A stretch of DNA of 64,000 nucleotides from Halomonas sp. GTDB lineage: Bacteria; Pseudomonadota; Gammaproteobacteria; Pseudomonadales; Halomonadaceae. The DNA lies in assembly GCA_030457605.1 (NCBI GenBank), contig JAKDUR010000006.1:9422-73421 (forward strand), written 5' to 3'. A program made the position numbers and the translations under genes. The notes under the pieces were generated by a model that was not told the origin of the DNA, ran no database searches, and saw only the letters and a program-made list of their open reading frames with translations. Below are positions 63,251 through 64,000 of this stretch, piece after piece; the stretch's first letter is position 1; every line of letters begins with the position of its first letter.

Positions 63251-64000
63251 ATGACATTCTCTCGATGCTTGCTGGCCCTGACGCTTACCGCCAGCGTACC
63301 GCTGCTCGCCCATGCCGAAGACACCGGCAGCAAGCCCGACACACAGCAATCCGGCGAATACCTTGCCAAGGCCGCCGACTGTGCCGCCTGCCACCGGGCG
63401 CCGGACGCGTCCGGTGAGTCCTATTCGGGCGGCTATGCGATCAATTCGCCCATGGGCGACATCATCGCCAGCAATATCACGCCCTCAAAAGAGCACGGTA
63501 TCGGCAATTACACCGAGCTCCAGTTCAAGCGCGCCATGCAGGACGGTATCCGCGCCGACGGCGAATACCTCTACCCGGCGATGCCGTATACGTCGTATCG
63601 TGGCCTTACCGACGACGATATTCACGCGCTGTACGTGTATTTCATGGAGGACGTTGAACCGGTCGACAACGCGGTTCCCGACACGGAGCTGAGCTTTCCC
63701 TACAATCTGCGGATGCTCATGGGCCCCTGGAATCTCCTGTTCCTGAAGGATCACGATGCTCAAGCGTCAAAGCAGAGTGACGCCATTAGCCGCGGGCGCT
63801 ACCTGGTCGATACTTTGGGGCACTGCGGTTCCTGCCATACGCCGCGTAATGCCCTGATGGCAGAAAAAGACGACCAGTACCTGGCCGGCGCCATCGTCGA
63901 TGGTTGGCATGCACCCAATATCACCTCCGACCCCAGCGGTATCGGTCATTGGAGCCAGGATGAGCTGGTGCAGTATTTGCGTACCGGTCACGTCGCCAAC
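63251..64000 (+). CDS. Multiheme cytochrome c subunit of the sugar dehydrogenase (runs off the window end)
   Basis: ATG after GGAGG; signal peptide, GEYLAKAADCAACH, YLYPAMPY, GRYLVDTLGHCGSCHTPRN. Confidence 0.92.
   Translation, partial: MTFSRCLLALTLTASVPLLAHAEDTGSKPDTQQSGEYLAKAADCAACHRAPDASGESYSGGYAINSPMGDIIASNITPSKEHGIGNYTELQFKRAMQDGIRADGEYLYPAMPYTSYRGLTDDDIHALYVYFMEDVEPVDNAVPDTELSFPYNLRMLMGPWNLLFLKDHDAQASKQSDAISRGRYLVDTLGHCGSCHTPRNALMAEKDDQYLAGAIVDGWHAPNITSDPSGIGHWSQDELVQYLRTGHVAN

Overview
GC-rich gammaproteobacterial chromosome segment. Gene content and order suggest Halomonadaceae, which is an inference. It is mostly core housekeeping: gyrA 5' end, rdgC, metG, nth, argG, rnt, pfk, ppa, dsbD, accBC-prmA-dusB-fis-purH, gabD, folE, srkA, comF, tRNA-Leu(TAG), fxsA, groES/EL and trmJ. 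Next come two cation/proton antiporter-family genes and a nitrate-respiration/NO-stress block (narGHJI plus PPIase, hmp, nsrR, narXL, narK and a truncated second narK). The window ends with a LysR/gamma-butyrobetaine-hydroxylase-like/betaine-binding module and the start of a three-subunit FAD sugar dehydrogenase. I saw no integrase, transposase, prophage, rRNA or CRISPR array. The best candidate for an undescribed system is an operon of four overlapping genes at 7765-13306. It encodes a stand-alone receiver, a membrane protein with a histidine-kinase-like chassis lacking the phospho-His and ending in an intact DEDDh exonuclease, a small membrane protein, and a CbrA/CrbS-type solute-symporter/histidine-kinase fusion. 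Other notable items are a full-length PP2C-Ser/Thr kinase fusion with eroded catalytic motifs in both domains, an orphan exported TraB/VirB10-like protein, an orphan RnfB with a charged tail, and a narK1 remnant. All family assignments were made by eye from motifs; no database searches were run.
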